A DNA stretch of 22,642 nt from a virus (taxonomy: Duplodnaviria > Heunggongvirae > Uroviricota > Caudoviricetes). The stretch lies in the IMG/VR virus record IMGVR_UViG_2778261067_000001; one strand, given 5' to 3'. Both the position numbers and the translations under genes were made by a program. The notes under the pieces are model-generated. The model had not been told where the DNA came from and searched no databases. It saw only the letters and a list, made by a program, of their open reading frames with translations. Below, one piece after another: positions 1 through 11,410 of this stretch (positions are counted from its first letter, which is position 1; each line of letters opens with the position of its first letter).

Positions 1-2777
<2,777 letters not shown>

Positions 2778-2796
2778 TCATCACGCTCCATAAACG

Positions 2797-2817
2797 ACAA
2801 AACCGCCCGGAGGCGGT
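2797..2817 (-). terminator. Hairpin between I and J (ACCGCC-loop-GGCGGT) followed by a T-rich run on the minus strand; possible intrinsic terminator or RNA-stabilising stem
   Basis: Perfect 6-bp inverted repeat at 2802-2817; minus-strand RNA would read ACCGCC UCCG GGCGGU UUUGUCGUUU. Confidence 0.4.
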
Positions 2818-2837
2818 TTCACATAAAATGTTTTGCA

Positions 2838-3485
2838 TCAGCGACCAATCACCACAACCTGACCACCATCCCCTTCGTCTGCCGTGCTGATCTCCTGAGA
2901 AACCACCCGTGACCCCACGCGCATTTCACCGTACAGAACGGGCAGAACATTGCCCTGGGCAACCATGTTATCCAGTGAGGAGAAATACGTGTTCTGTTTG
3001 CCGTTATCCGTTGTCTGTGTACGGGGAGTTCTGGCTTTCGGTGCCAGCATCTGCGCCACACCGCCCAGGATCATACTGGCCCCTGCCGCATACATACCCG
3101 ATACAGCCGCGGCTCCCAGCCAGCCCACAGGGTTCCACCATGCCACAGCCATCAGCGCCGCCCCCAGCACCACCTGAAAAACACCGCCACTTTTGGCACC
3201 CGCCAGACGCGGTACGATGTGGATCACGGCACCATTTGCCAGCGGCTCATTAAGACGGGCAGATAATTCGTTTTCGCCTGCATCACGCCCGGCAATGCGC
3301 ACCTGATACCAGCCCTCATTCAGTTTCTGGCGAAACGACGGTAGCTGCGTGGCCAGCGCCCGGATAGCTTCGGCTCCCGTTTTCACACGAAGGTCGATAC
3401 GGCGGCCAAATCGTTGTAAATCCCCGTAAAGGCAGATGCGAGCCATGCCTGGTGACGCCAGAGGGAGTGTGTGCGTCGCTGCCAT
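2838..3485 (-). CDS. I: Tail assembly protein I
   Basis: 215-aa ORF; N-terminus MAATHTLPLASPGMARICLYGDLQRFGRRIDLRVKTGAEAIRALATQLP... and C-terminus ...GNVLPVLYGEMRVGSRVVSQEISTADEGDGGQVVVIGR match lambda gpI as I recall it; overlaps K by ~100 nt as in lambda. Confidence 0.9.
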   Translation of the reverse strand: MAATHTLPLASPGMARICLYGDLQRFGRRIDLRVKTGAEAIRALATQLPSFRQKLNEGWYQVRIAGRDAGENELSARLNEPLANGAVIHIVPRLAGAKSGGVFQVVLGAALMAVAWWNPVGWLGAAAVSGMYAAGASMILGGVAQMLAPKARTPRTQTTDNGKQNTYFSSLDNMVAQGNVLPVLYGEMRVGSRVVSQEISTADEGDGGQVVVIGR

Positions 3486-4135
3486 TTGTCGGTGTACCTC
3501 TCTCGTTTGCTCAGTTGTTCAGGAATATGGTGCAGCAGCTCGCCGTCACCACAGTAAATGGCGGCATGATTCGGCACCGATGAACCAAAACAGCACAGCA
3601 GCACATCGCCCGGCTGCGCCGCTGACAACGGCACCTGATACAGCCCCGTGGCCTCCAGATTATCCAGATAGAGATTCTGACCGTTACGCCACCAGTCATC
3701 CTCGCGATGAAAATCCGGCATCTCAATCCCCGCCAGATGGTAAGCATCCCGGAACAGCGTGTAACAGTCCGTCACCCCGTGCTCAAAGCGCCGCCCGGAA
3801 AGATGTGGCACACAGCGGAACTTGTGAATCGCCCCCCGGCAAACCAGCCACCACGGCAAATCACTCTGCACCTGCAGCCGCCGGTCGGTCTCACTCAGCC
3901 AGGGCAGACCACCGGGGTGGCTGTGGACCAGCGCCACAATCTCACCCTGCATCTCTGCCCGCAGCCAGTCCTCCGGCGACATCCGGAAATACTCCTCCGG
4001 CTCACCGGAGATATTCACGCAGGGAAAATATCTTTCCCCCTCCGGTGTTCTCACCACGAAGCCGCACGACTCCGCTGGCGCACATCGCCGGGCGTGCGCC
4101 AGAATCGCTGATTCTGTCTCTGTCATGGGATTCAC
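3383..4135 (-). CDS. K: Tail assembly protein K (JAMM/MPN plus NlpC/P60-like domains)
   Basis: 250-aa ORF MNPMTETESAILAHARRCAPAESCGFVV... with HSHPGG motif (JAMM-type) and C-terminal Cys/His region; near-identical to lambda gpK from memory. Confidence 0.9.
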   Translation of the reverse strand: MNPMTETESAILAHARRCAPAESCGFVVRTPEGERYFPCVNISGEPEEYFRMSPEDWLRAEMQGEIVALVHSHPGGLPWLSETDRRLQVQSDLPWWLVCRGAIHKFRCVPHLSGRRFEHGVTDCYTLFRDAYHLAGIEMPDFHREDDWWRNGQNLYLDNLEATGLYQVPLSAAQPGDVLLCCFGSSVPNHAAIYCGDGELLHHIPEQLSKRERYTDKWQRRTHSLWRHQAWLASAFTGIYNDLAAVSTFV

Positions 4136-4830
4136 TGCGAAAGTTTGTTAATGGAAAGGAAGCCGCCAAAGTTGCCGACGTTATTGCGGAACTTACAGCC
4201 ACTCAGGCATTTGCTGCATTTATCCTTCGTGATATCGGACGTCGGCTGGTCATATTCATCCGCGACCGCCGGACCGTGATAACCGCACTCATCACCGCGA
4301 TAGGTCCAGGTGCAGGTATTAGCCAGCATGATGCGCCCCGGAAAAACAGCACCGTCCGTTTCCGTCGGCGTGGACAGTACAAAAGAGGCACTGACCGCGC
4401 TCAGTTCGCTGCACTGCTCGATGCGCCAGCGGCTGATCACCTCCTGCTCCGGATCGGCGTCACTGTTTCCGTTGACGAAGTTCACCGCATCCAGAAAACG
4501 GGCGTAAACCTTACGCCTGACCACCGTTCCGCCGACCAGACTCTGCAGGTCTTCCGCCATCCCGGTGACCATTCCGTGCAGGTTAGAAACCGTCAGTGTC
4601 GGACGGGCAGCACTGCCCTTGCCGTTCAGTTCAAATCCCGTCCCCTGAATGGGGTATGCCTGATACTGCCGCCCCTGCCAGGTAACCGGCTCACCTTTTT
4701 CGTTCTGCTCATTACAGAAAAAATAACGTTCACCACCGACCTCTGTCAGATCGATTTCCCAGAGCACCACCTGGGCTGACTGAGTGAGGCGTGTCGTCTC
4801 ATGATGTGTTTCCTGTGGAATATCCTGCAT
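4132..4830 (-). CDS. L: Minor tail protein L
   Basis: 232-aa ORF MQDIPQETHHETTRLTQSAQVVLWEIDLTEVGGERYFFCNEQNEKGEPVTWQGRQYQ...; C-terminal Cys cluster (CSKCLSGCKF); lambda gpL-like; start overlaps K stop. Confidence 0.9.
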   Translation of the reverse strand: MQDIPQETHHETTRLTQSAQVVLWEIDLTEVGGERYFFCNEQNEKGEPVTWQGRQYQAYPIQGTGFELNGKGSAARPTLTVSNLHGMVTGMAEDLQSLVGGTVVRRKVYARFLDAVNFVNGNSDADPEQEVISRWRIEQCSELSAVSASFVLSTPTETDGAVFPGRIMLANTCTWTYRGDECGYHGPAVADEYDQPTSDITKDKCSKCLSGCKFRNNVGNFGGFLSINKLSQ

Positions 4831-4839
4831 CAGAGCCTC

Positions 4840-5169
4840 CTATGCCACGACCTGTTCAAAATCTGCCGTTATGGTTACCCACAGCGCCCCCACGCTTGCC
4901 GACCATTTACGACAAACCACCCTGATCGGTTTCCAGTCATAAGGTGGCGTCCACTGAAATGCACGGACGCCACCGTGCCGTTCCAGAAAGGCTTTTAAAG
5001 ATGGGTGTTCACATTTACGAACACGTATCGTCACGCTGTAAGTCGACAACTGGTTATTCAGTCCCGCCGCACGACGCTGTTCATAACCATCGCCCAGCTT
5101 CACTGTCACCACTTTCGGCTCTGATACCACATTCATATCCGGGCGCACTTTCCAGTGAAACGTCTCCAT
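4840..5169 (-). CDS. M: Minor tail protein M
   Basis: 109-aa ORF METFHWKVRPDMNVVSEPKVV...FEQVVA, lambda gpM-like; ATG overlaps the stop of H by 1 nt. Confidence 0.9.
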   Translation of the reverse strand: METFHWKVRPDMNVVSEPKVVTVKLGDGYEQRRAAGLNNQLSTYSVTIRVRKCEHPSLKAFLERHGGVRAFQWTPPYDWKPIRVVCRKWSASVGALWVTITADFEQVVA

Positions 5170-8100
5170 TACCGATATGCTCCACTTAACCGACCACCAT
5201 CACGGGCCTGCTGTTGCATAAAGTCCGCTGCCGCTTTTTTCCCGAGGTCATAAACCGCCTTCAGGGCAGCCGGACCTATCTGCCCGTTCGTGCCATCGTT
5301 ATTGATCTCGATGTTGTACTGCGGGGAAAACATCGCCATACCTGAACCCCCAATATCCGCCACAACCCCCAGCTTACCGTCAGCACCACGACGCAATGGC
5401 AGAATGGCTTCAGGTCCCGCTTCCCCCATCACACCCGCGCCTTTTGCAAAAGCAAAAAACGTCGGACGGTTAACCACCGTGCCACTGTAACGACTCAAAT
5501 CAGCAGACTGATAAATCCCCCCATTGGCATTCAGGGAAAGGCTGCTGAGATCAAATCCCAGTACACTGCCAATCCCTTTTATCGATTTCATCATGGTTGC
5601 CTGCGCCAGGATTTTCGCCATATCTGACAGCACAGAAGAGGTGAAGGATTTGAAATTGAGTTTGCCGGTAGTGACAAAAGTTGCCAGGCCATTTCCCATG
5701 TTGCTGAAGGCTGACGAGAACACCTGTTCTGCTGTTTCTGCCGTATTATCTGCATCCACGGTAAAATCCTGAAATGCACGCAGGACTCCGTTTTTCCAGT
5801 TACCCTGCACAACTTCAAGCTGTTGCCAGTAACGGCGATTCTCATTCAGTTGTCGGTTCAGGCTCTCCGTCAGCGCCTGCTCGGCCTTTCTGTAGTCATC
5901 CGTGTTATATGTCCCTTTCTGCTCACTATCCCGCCTCAACTGCTCCAGCTGTTGCTGGTATTTCTGGCGAAGACTCAGTTGTACCTGATATCGCTGTCGC
6001 TGCTGATCACCCATACCCACCGTGGCGATATCCAGGTCATGTTGCTGACGCTGAGCGCGCTCTTCTTCAGCCAGTTGACTGGTCAGCTGAATTGTTTTTT
6101 TCTTCAGCTCGTTGAGTGCCGTCTGTTTCTGAAGCTCCTGCTGTTTTACATCCAGCAGCGTCAGTGCCTGAATCAGTTCATCTTTACGGGCCAGCACACT
6201 CTTTTCATCTGCCGTCAGTTTTTTCCCGTCCAGGTCGCTGATGCGCTGCTGCAGAGCCAGAAGCTGTTTATGCGCTTCTGTCATCCTTTCCGTGGCAATG
6301 CCTGCTGACTGTCTGGCAGCAGAAATCTGTCCTTCCACCTGTGCCTGTTGCTGACTGTACTGCAGCAATAACCGGGTGGCCTCATCATTACGGGTTTCGC
6401 GTGTTTTTTTCTTACCGGATGCCAGGGCTTTCTCGTAACGTTCATTTTCACGTTGTATCGCCGCATCCCTGACAGCCTGATCGGCGTACTGCATGGCATT
6501 AATACGTGCAATTTCACGCTGATGTCGTGCAGCTTCCGTTTCATTCATACGGTTCAGTGCAGCATTTTCAGCATTACGGCGTTTCTGTTGCTCCTGATAA
6601 TTCCGCTCTGCCTGCTCTTTTGCATCCTGCAAATCCTTCTGGCGTTTTTTCTCCTGAAGATCGTTAAGACGCTGCTGATCGTATTCAACCTGAGAAGATG
6701 ATGCCGTCCAGGGGAGTCTTTTCGCCCGCGACACTTTCTCCTGCAAAGTGGCAATCTGCGCATCCAGCGAATCTTCACGACCAATATTCATGGCCGCATC
6801 CCAGAACTGCTTCCACCAGTCAGACAAAGTTTGCAGCGTACTGCCCAGCGCATTGAGGTTATTATCAATATCCGCAGTACGCCGACCGGTTTCCTCTGCC
6901 AGTGCAGACATGGCTATCCGTGCCGCATCACTGGACCGCCCCTGCTCTCCAAGGACGCGTATCTGCTCAAGCTGAGTGGCAGTAAGAAAATGCAGCTCAT
7001 TGTCCAGAGACTTCGCGGCATTTACAGGATCATCCTTCAGCCGCTTAAACTGATTTATGGTATCGCTGACCGACTGGCCAACCGATCGCTCCATCTGTGC
7101 GGCAGCTCTCGCCACCATACCGATATCGTTTCCACGAAATGCACCACTCCCCACCACCTGAGCCAGCGCACCGGCTGCAGCATGTTGCGTGATACCATTC
7201 CCGGAAATAGCACGACTGAGCGTCCACAGCTGCCCGGCAGTGACTCCGGCATAATGCCCCGTCAGCGACAGCTGGCGGTTAAATTCTTCCCCCTCCTTCT
7301 GACCGTCATACCAGGCTTTACCCAGACCATAGACGGCCGCGGTAATACCGCCAATAACCCCGCCCAGCATCATGCCTTTCGGTGACATCAGTGTGTCTAT
7401 CCATCCGGCACGGTTAGCCAGCGTTATCCCGGATCCCCTCAGCGCCCCTAAATTGCCGCGGGCCAGTTCACCTATCAGAACGCCTATCTCCTGGCGGGCC
7501 GCTGCACTTTTCAGACCCAGCGAATGCGTGGCTTTTCCTGCCCGCTCCATTTTGCGGATATACACTTCTGCAGCACTGCTTACCCCCAGCTGGGCAGCCC
7601 TGGCACGAAGCAACTCAGAAGAAGAAAGATTCTGGCGGGTTGCCTGCTCTTTAAGCTGACGGATAAACGCCACTTTCTGTCGGGTAGCCTCTGCCTCAGC
7701 CTGCGTAAGAACACGGGTTTTCGCCGTAACCTCAGAAATCAGCGCCAGATAATCCTGCTGACCAATCCCGCCACTGTTTCTGGCCTGTCGGATCTGCTGC
7801 TGAATACGCTGTAATTCCTGCAGCCCCGCACTGGCCTGTTTCACACTGTCAATCTGACGATAAAACGCAGCAGCCGCTTTATCCTGAGCCTCCGCCAGAG
7901 CCATGGCCTGCGCCTGTTCCTCGCGCATTTTCTGGCTCAGTGCCTCCATGCGCTGGCGGGTTTTCTCCACCTCGCGGGCCATGCGTTCATGAGCCTGTGC
8001 GTTCTTCTCCACCGTCTGCGCATGGACGGATGCGGCTGTTGCAGCCGAAGAAGCTGCCTGCGTTGTCTGCCGGGCGGCCTGAGTCTGACGCTCCATAAAA

Positions 8101-8234
8101 CGCTGCATACGGGCAGAAGACCGTTCTGCATCGCTGGCTGCACCATTCAGAAGGTTTTTGATACGGGGAATTTCATTTTTAAACTCTGCCGCATCAATCC
8201 CCAAATCAATGACCAGGTTGGCTATCTGGTCCAT
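5169..8234 (-). CDS. H: Tail tape measure protein (gpH-like), ~1021 aa from ATG at 8234
   Basis: Long coiled-coil-rich ORF; C-terminus ...IEINNDGTNGQIGPAALKAVYDLGKKAAADFMQQQARDGGRLSGAYR resembles the lambda gpH C-terminus. The track start at 8264 is a TTG; the ATG at 8234 (MDQIANLVIDLGIDAAEF...) has a GGAGGTG Shine-Dalgarno and aligns with the lambda H N-terminus. Confidence 0.9.
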   Translation of the reverse strand: MDQIANLVIDLGIDAAEFKNEIPRIKNLLNGAASDAERSSARMQRFMERQTQAARQTTQAASSAATAASVHAQTVEKNAQAHERMAREVEKTRQRMEALSQKMREEQAQAMALAEAQDKAAAAFYRQIDSVKQASAGLQELQRIQQQIRQARNSGGIGQQDYLALISEVTAKTRVLTQAEAEATRQKVAFIRQLKEQATRQNLSSSELLRARAAQLGVSSAAEVYIRKMERAGKATHSLGLKSAAARQEIGVLIGELARGNLGALRGSGITLANRAGWIDTLMSPKGMMLGGVIGGITAAVYGLGKAWYDGQKEGEEFNRQLSLTGHYAGVTAGQLWTLSRAISGNGITQHAAAGALAQVVGSGAFRGNDIGMVARAAAQMERSVGQSVSDTINQFKRLKDDPVNAAKSLDNELHFLTATQLEQIRVLGEQGRSSDAARIAMSALAEETGRRTADIDNNLNALGSTLQTLSDWWKQFWDAAMNIGREDSLDAQIATLQEKVSRAKRLPWTASSSQVEYDQQRLNDLQEKKRQKDLQDAKEQAERNYQEQQKRRNAENAALNRMNETEAARHQREIARINAMQYADQAVRDAAIQRENERYEKALASGKKKTRETRNDEATRLLLQYSQQQAQVEGQISAARQSAGIATERMTEAHKQLLALQQRISDLDGKKLTADEKSVLARKDELIQALTLLDVKQQELQKQTALNELKKKTIQLTSQLAEEERAQRQQHDLDIATVGMGDQQRQRYQVQLSLRQKYQQQLEQLRRDSEQKGTYNTDDYRKAEQALTESLNRQLNENRRYWQQLEVVQGNWKNGVLRAFQDFTVDADNTAETAEQVFSSAFSNMGNGLATFVTTGKLNFKSFTSSVLSDMAKILAQATMMKSIKGIGSVLGFDLSSLSLNANGGIYQSADLSRYSGTVVNRPTFFAFAKGAGVMGEAGPEAILPLRRGADGKLGVVADIGGSGMAMFSPQYNIEINNDGTNGQIGPAALKAVYDLGKKAAADFMQQQARDGGRLSGAYR

Positions 8235-8556
8235 AACGCACACCTCCGGAAATACCTTCCCCAAGATGCATCAGTTCTTCGTCCGTTCGCTCCGGTATCC
8301 CGTTCTCTTCCGGTAAAAGGCTGAAATCAGCCACCGCAGCATCACTGCTGCCGGACACCATTCTCACGATCAATGCCTTCAGCGAGGCAAACTGCGCATC
8401 CATCCACACATCACTGAAGCTCTGCATCCGGAAATAATCGCCCCACTCACCAAGCTCAGTGGCCGACATTTCCGACAGCATCCGCCGCCAGTCTGCCCGC
8501 CGGAACTCCCGGGCAAGCCGCATGACAAACTGCATTTCCCGCGTCAGGACTTTTCC
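8206..8556 (-). CDS. T: gpT portion of the G-T tail assembly chaperone, expressed by -1 programmed frameshift from G
   Basis: The -1 frame relative to G is open from 8568 down to the stop at 8206 (...GKVLTREMQFVMRLAREFRRADWRRMLSEMSATELGEWGDYFRMQSF...); it overlaps the last codons of G, the canonical G/T arrangement in lambda-like phages. Candidate slip site GGAAAAG at 8550-8556. Confidence 0.7.
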   Translation of the reverse strand, partial: GKVLTREMQFVMRLAREFRRADWRRMLSEMSATELGEWGDYFRMQSFSDVWMDAQFASLKALIVRMVSGSSDAAVADFSLLPEENGIPERTDEELMHLGEGISGGVRYGPDSQPGH

Positions 8557-8933
8557 GGCGTCAGCGCCTCATGCTCATCATCCACGGCATTATCAATGGC
8601 CCCCATACCGCTCAGCGACAGAACCATCTCCGCCCCCGCACCCAGGGCATCATACGACCATGTTGTAATAACGGATGCGCAAAGCGTCTCTACATCCTTA
8701 GACTGATCCGCATTCCACAGTGAGCGGGAAACCAGCCAGGCATTGATATCCATCCCCATCCGCAGAAAAGCAATCTGTCGTTCAGCCTCCGGCAGTTCTC
8801 CCTCCCCGGCATCAAACTTTGCCGTTCGCTGCTGAACAAACGTCAGATATTCAATTCTCTGCAGCCCGGACAGCTCACTGAGCACCACGGACTGTTTTTC
8901 ATAATTAAACGTGTCCTGTTTCAGAAACATCAT
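8544..8933 (-). CDS. G: Tail assembly chaperone G
   Basis: ORF MMFLKQDTFNYEKQSVVLSELSGLQRIEYLTFVQQRTAKFDAGE..., lambda gpG-like; ATG pair at 8933/8930 preceded by GGAG; the upstream part of the track ORF (to 8972) overlaps a terminator hairpin. Confidence 0.8.
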   Translation of the reverse strand: MMFLKQDTFNYEKQSVVLSELSGLQRIEYLTFVQQRTAKFDAGEGELPEAERQIAFLRMGMDINAWLVSRSLWNADQSKDVETLCASVITTWSYDALGAGAEMVLSLSGMGAIDNAVDDEHEALTPEKS

Positions 8934-8946
8934 GTTCTCCACCTGC

Positions 8947-8970
8947 AAAAAAGCCCCGCATAACCGGGGC
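8947..8970 (-). terminator. Rho-independent terminator downstream of major tail gene V
   Basis: Minus-strand RNA GCCCCG GUUAUG CGGGGC followed by UUUUUU; perfect 6-bp GC stem. Confidence 0.65.
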
Positions 8971-8990
8971 AAATGATGAGTATCGTCCTG

Positions 8991-9734
8991 TTAACCTGCT
9001 GCGCTGACAGTCACCGCAGTCACAGCCACAAAATTCCCGTCAGCGGTCATGCCCACAATGCTGACACTGCCCTGCTTCACGCCTTTTACCGTGGCCACAA
9101 GTCCGTTCAGGGTAACCGTGGCAGTCTGTGGATCTGACGAATGCACACTGATCGCTTTGTCACTGGCTCCGTCAGGTTTTACTGTAAAGGTCAGCGTGGT
9201 GGTTGCTCCCACTTTTACACTGGCAGACGCCGGTGATACTGTCAGCCCGGTAACGCTCACGGTTTCAGTGCCTTCCTCTGCCAGATACGGACGCCCCACA
9301 CCGCTGATTTTCACAGTGCGGGTCATCACGTCTTTTGAGGCAATGGTTTTACCCAGTGAGCTCAGCCAGCCACGGAAAACATCAACAGTGCCGTTGGGAT
9401 ATTTGATACGAAACGCGCAGACTTCACCGGAGTCGAACAACTGAACCAGTTTTTTCTGCCCGCTGTCACCCGGACGCCAGGCCAGCGTCGCCGAAGTATC
9501 ACCAACGGATTTCTGCCCCTGGGTTGTCGTTTTCCAGTCTGCATCTTCATCATCGAGATAAGTGTCATCTTCTGCATCAGCGGTCATTTCGCCAGGTTGC
9601 AGATCCTTCACCATCGCAAGACGCAGCCAGTCAGTGTCCGACAAAGGGTTCGCAAACGCATCGCCGTTGCCGGTATACATCCAGAACGTCGTCCCCGCAC
9701 CTTTCGTCTTTGCCAGTGGATTTGGTGTGGTCAT
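8991..9734 (-). CDS. V: Major tail protein V with C-terminal Ig-like (Big_2-type) domain
   Basis: ATG at 9734 preceded by AAGGAGGT; MTTPNPLAKTKGAGTTFWMYTGNGDAFANPLSDTDWLRLAMVKDL...YLDDEDADW...NGTVDVFRGW resembles lambda gpV; C-terminal ~90 aa are Thr/Val/Ser-rich beta-strand sequence typical of Ig-like decoration domains. Confidence 0.9.
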   Translation of the reverse strand: MTTPNPLAKTKGAGTTFWMYTGNGDAFANPLSDTDWLRLAMVKDLQPGEMTADAEDDTYLDDEDADWKTTTQGQKSVGDTSATLAWRPGDSGQKKLVQLFDSGEVCAFRIKYPNGTVDVFRGWLSSLGKTIASKDVMTRTVKISGVGRPYLAEEGTETVSVTGLTVSPASASVKVGATTTLTFTVKPDGASDKAISVHSSDPQTATVTLNGLVATVKGVKQGSVSIVGMTADGNFVAVTAVTVSAAG

Positions 9735-9744
9735 TACCACCTCC

Positions 9745-10146
9745 TTAATTCGTGTACGTGATCTGGTACGTGATTTCCGCCATCGCCCAGGTGGCCATCT
9801 CATTATCACGTTGATAGTTAAAACCGAGTGGGATCAGGGTGTCGATGAGTCCGGAAAGTGCCGGTATATCATTCAGGGCAGGGGAAATGGTGCTCTCCAT
9901 CCACATATCCAGCTCTGAATCCGGTGCCTGTGCCCGGATGAAGACGGCAATATGCAGAACAGCCTGCCAGTCATCTTCATCCGTCATTTTTCCGGTGTAC
10001 TGAGCATCACTCAGCCACACCGCCACGGCAGGCAGTTCCTGCGCATCAATAAATGCCGGAAGCCCGTCAAAAAACGTGGCGCTGTCTCCACACTGTTCCC
10101 GAAGGCGTGCCAGTACGGCCTGGCGGATTTGTGTATGTCGGTTCAT
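9745..10146 (-). CDS. U: Tail terminator protein U
   Basis: MNRHTQIRQAVLARLREQCGDSATFFDGLPAFIDAQELPAVAVWLSDAQYTG... aligns with lambda gpU (…ATFFDGRPAVFDE…FPAVAVYL…); ATG at 10146 overlaps the Z stop (translational coupling). Confidence 0.85.
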   Translation of the reverse strand: MNRHTQIRQAVLARLREQCGDSATFFDGLPAFIDAQELPAVAVWLSDAQYTGKMTDEDDWQAVLHIAVFIRAQAPDSELDMWMESTISPALNDIPALSGLIDTLIPLGFNYQRDNEMATWAMAEITYQITYTN

Positions 10147-10721
10147 CGGGTCAGCCATAACCTCAGTTGTTGTTTCAGTGCATACCCCAGCTGTTTCGGC
10201 ATTTCCGCAGCAATGATGTGGTCGCGGGCATCTTCAAATGCCTGTGTCAGCGGTCCGGACAGCGGGATTTTCACCACATCAATGGGGTAACGATTTTTGC
10301 CATCAATACGTCGCATCACGTGCCAGCGACCATTCGCCAGTTGCTGAATAAACGCATCCCGGAAAAGATATTTACCCACCTTCAGCACACTGCCACGGTA
10401 CTGCAGTTTTCCACCACGCCGGGCCAGTCTGACCCGGGCTGTCCCCAGCTTAATGGCGGGCAGATTGCCCCGGTTAACGCGGATCCTGGCCGTCATTTTT
10501 CCTGACGGACTGGCTTTAAACACCCGGACACGCTGACGTACCAGTTTCAGGGGGATCCCTTTCACCTGGTTATCTCCCGCAACGGTATTCCCGGCAACCT
10601 GCCGGGTGGCAACCGAGACCGCTTTCTGTGCCACACGGTTTATCGCCCATGCGCTGGCCTGTGGCACCATACGGGTATCAAGGCTGTTCAGATTGCGGAT
10701 GGCATTCTCAAGCCCCTTCAT
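10143..10721 (-). CDS. Z: Tail completion protein Z
   Basis: 192-aa ORF MKGLENAIRNLNSL...AFIQQLANGRWHVMRRIDGKNRYPIDVVKIPLSGPL..., lambda gpZ-like. Confidence 0.85.
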   Translation of the reverse strand: MKGLENAIRNLNSLDTRMVPQASAWAINRVAQKAVSVATRQVAGNTVAGDNQVKGIPLKLVRQRVRVFKASPSGKMTARIRVNRGNLPAIKLGTARVRLARRGGKLQYRGSVLKVGKYLFRDAFIQQLANGRWHVMRRIDGKNRYPIDVVKIPLSGPLTQAFEDARDHIIAAEMPKQLGYALKQQLRLWLTR

Positions 10722-10732
10722 CCCACACCTCT

Positions 10733-11008
10733 TTACTCAATAAAGATCATTGGCTTACCGTTAAAGCGTTCATGCCGTGTGACCGTCCATTGTTGTCCGT
10801 CATAAACAACGCGATCCCCGCGCCGTGGGCGGTATCCCGAAGAAAACACCACCAGAGAGACCGCAGGTCCGGACAGAGCATTCAGCTCTGCCAGTGTTTC
10901 TCCCGGGATCACAGTCATATCGACATCATTAATCGAGGCTGTCTTTCCCATCTTTCTGACCGTGATCGCATCCATACGCGCTGCCAGCCGGGAAAAGGGA
11001 TCAGACAT
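10733..11008 (-). CDS. Head-tail joining protein (gpFII-like, head-tail attachment family)
   Basis: 91-aa ORF in the position of FII (immediately upstream of Z); weak resemblance to lambda FII; assignment rests on synteny and size. Confidence 0.6.
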   Translation of the reverse strand: MSDPFSRLAARMDAITVRKMGKTASINDVDMTVIPGETLAELNALSGPAVSLVVFSSGYRPRRGDRVVYDGQQWTVTRHERFNGKPMIFIE

Positions 11009-11324
11009 TGAGTTTTACCGGCACTTCTTCTGCACTGGTTCCGGCATCTGCCCAGACAACCCCGACCAGCGGATCAGAGCCGCTGTTAGTCAGCTGAACT
11101 TTTCCGGACTTCAGATAAACCTTCTTACCCGTTTTCATGTCATCCGTTTTCAGCTTAGGCAGCATAAACACACCTTCGGTCATGCCGTCGCCTGTTTCAC
11201 CCTGTGGAATATCGGTCAGCGCCACCGCAAAAACATCACCCACCTGCACCAGCTCTCCGCTGCTGATGGCTGCACTGGCAACAATCGCCACCGTTTTTCC
11301 TTCTTCTACAAAATTCTTTGCCAT
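11001..11324 (-). CDS. Hypothetical head protein (possible head decoration or head completion protein), 107 aa
   Basis: ATG at 11324 (MAKNFVEEGKTVAIVASAAISSGELVQVGDVFAVAL...) preceded by GGAGACAG; lies between the capsid gene and the FII-like gene. Function inferred from position only. Confidence 0.5.
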   Translation of the reverse strand: MAKNFVEEGKTVAIVASAAISSGELVQVGDVFAVALTDIPQGETGDGMTEGVFMLPKLKTDDMKTGKKVYLKSGKVQLTNSGSDPLVGVVWADAGTSAEEVPVKLNV

Positions 11325-11367
11325 AACTGTCTCCGCACAGCCCCGTTCAGGGGCTGATTTCAGGTAC

Positions 11368-11386
11368 AAAAAAAGCCCTTACGGGC
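11368..11386 (-). terminator. Rho-independent terminator immediately downstream of the capsid gene, with a second GC hairpin (11338-11356) before the next gene's SD
   Basis: Minus-strand RNA GCCC GUAA GGGC followed by UUUUUUU; second stem CAGCCCC/GGGGCUG at 11338-11356. Confidence 0.6.
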
Positions 11387-11410
11387 CATCAGAGTTGTTG
11401 TCTGCGACGT

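Noticed and set aside
3436-4779. 447-aa plus-strand ORF and neighbouring plus-strand ORFs (2909-3253, 3707-4111, 4310-4507)
   Set aside because: Antisense to the lambda-like K and L genes; Pro/Arg/Ser-rich composition with no motifs; shadow ORFs.
5290-8324. Numerous 60-184-aa ORFs on both strands inside the tape measure gene
   Set aside because: All lie within or antisense to the single long tape-measure reading frame, which has the gpH-like C-terminus; no independent start signals.
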